From Balanoglossus misakiensis (lineage: Eukaryota > Animalia > Hemichordata), in assembly GCA_040954595.2 (NCBI GenBank), contig CM082591.2, positions 6,045,009 through 6,109,008 on the forward strand: DNA of 64,000 nucleotides. The letters are read 5' to 3'. A model generated the notes under the pieces. It saw only the letters and a list, made by a program, of their open reading frames with translations. It was not told the DNA's origin and did not search any database. Position 1 is the first letter of the stretch, and each line of letters begins with the position of its first letter. Both the position numbers and the translations under genes were made by a program. This document shows, piece by piece, positions 54,129 to 64,000 of the stretch.

Positions 54129-55731
54129 AGGGACATTAGCTGTATTTCTATCTTGCATAATTTCCAGTATATTTGTTCAGTGTACCAATGCGATTTCTTG
54201 TTCTCTAGTACTCCAAACAGCATTCTGATATACATGTACCCAGTACCCCGCGCCTGTGTGTAATTGCCACAATTTTTTTTAAAAATTCCAGGAATTTTCG
54301 ATTTTCTTTAATTTGTGGCCATTTTGTCATAAATAAGTGTTGATCTTGATATACTATCATGGAATATCATTTAATAGACATAATTAAAAGCATACATGGG
54401 ATTATTTAAAACTTGAATTTAAATGCCCTGTGTTATGTGACATAATTAAAAATAACTCTTGAAGAGTATCGGGCAGACGCTATGATCAAGTGCCTCATAT
54501 TTATCACAGTGATGGTGGTTTCTCGCAACCGCATTAAAGGCCCTTCTTAACAGTGGGTCAAATCTTTTGTTTCCAATAAACAGTTACGTGCTAACACAAA
54601 GGATTTCTTATTTGCCTTAATTCCGCCCTGGGATCGAGAAAATGGTCTTTAAGTAGCCTTCATGATTGTATTTTATTTAGTGTACATTGTGCGTCAGTTT
54701 TGGTAACGATTCAGAACCCCAACACACCAGTTTGGCAGTGAAGGTAGTTACAAATGCCGCTGTGATTCTCCAAAGTTGAAAAAGTAAATCCATCGAACAA
54801 AGGCTGGCCTGCAGGAGTCTGAGAAGCCTGTCTGCGGTTGGCTAATTTCTTTGTGGTTCTTAGTATTGGACCATTATGTGATTGTGTTCAACAACTGCGT
54901 AATTGGAGGTTATGACATTATTGCTTCCGGTGCGCTGTGTGGGTCGCGTCAAAACCGACGGTACACCAACGCCCAAAAGTACCACATTGTATTCTCATGG
55001 GTTCATGGACTGATTGAATCATGATTAAAGTTCGATGTGTTCGCAATCTATTTATAAATCATACATGTATGTACAGATAGGCGGCGTCCTCGCCGGTGCT
55101 TTGCTTGAATGGTGTTTGCAAATCGCGTTCGGCAACACCCAAAACAAAGGTAAACAAAGGTAAATACGTCATCTCTCTCTCTCTCTCTCCGTCTGATAAT
55201 TTTATTACACCGTGGATGTGCGCGGCCTGAGAGCGTCGGAACGACATACCCTAAATCGGATGGCGAAGTGAAATTACGAGCATTACAGGGAAAGCCTTTG
55301 GAGATAAAATTCATAATTACCATTTCATACTCTACAATAAATTGTCTCTTGTGGGGCATAGATCACACACTTAGTCTTAGACGGATATATCAAGCTCTTC
55401 AATACTAGACGGCATAATAAACCTATAGGGTCTATGACTGCATGAAATTCCGTTGTCATATTGTACACGGCACTTGTGGTGGCGTTTTCACGTATTTTGG
55501 ATGTTTGAAGATAAAGGGTTCGACCGGGCCAGGGTTTTAAAATTTACCCTTGGAAAGCACGCGGTTGCATTCTTCCAATACAATAACGGTACCCTCTTAA
55601 CACCTGTAAATTGCGTTCTCTTACAGCGTAATTAATGCGATTACGTAATCTTTTGTTGACTGTCACTCATGTGATCAGAGTGACGACTGCCCACATTGAC
55701 ATTTCACAACCAGAAGTGGTCGTGAACAGCA

Positions 55732-63779
<8,048 letters not shown>

Positions 63780-64000
63780 GTGAGTAATTGAGTGACTATA
63801 TTACTGCAACACTAGTTTCAAGACTATGGTTTTATGTCACACTACAAATAACTCTCAGTTTTCTGCAGTCTACTACCCCATTTACAAATGTGCATTCTCA
63901 TTAACATTTCCATTGTTCAATTTTCACACCCAACCCTTCTTTTGTTTTCTGATGCACCTGGTCCTGCACATATTTTCTACTTTGAATACCCCATGATTCT

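Overview
AT-rich, intron-containing animal genomic DNA, probably an invertebrate deuterostome (a hemichordate-like taxon is only a guess). There is no prokaryotic, CRISPR, rRNA or tRNA content. I reconstructed exon chains by hand from GT-AG sites and reading-frame phase. Gene order: ARL1 (minus, 3' end outside the window); head-to-head with it, a ~24 kb SR splicing factor gene (RRM + CCHC zinc knuckle + RS, SRSF7/RSZ-like) with several microexons; PROSER3-like; a divergent NKL/Vent/Nanog-like homeobox gene (minus) whose helix-3 WF is swapped to FW; an internally deleted sulfotransferase pseudogene plus two tandem intact cytosolic sulfotransferases; and a MOXD1/DBH-like copper monooxygenase running off the right edge. 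Introns are dense with non-autonomous DNA transposons: several TTAA-target Kolobok-like families, piggyBac-like and Tc1/mariner-like MITEs, and one young Academ-like element with 153-bp TIRs. The most notable observations are the FW homeodomain, a CpG-rich candidate poison-exon/autoregulatory module in the SR gene, exon-biased divergence between the sulfotransferase duplicates next to the monooxygenase, and MITE-associated deletions.
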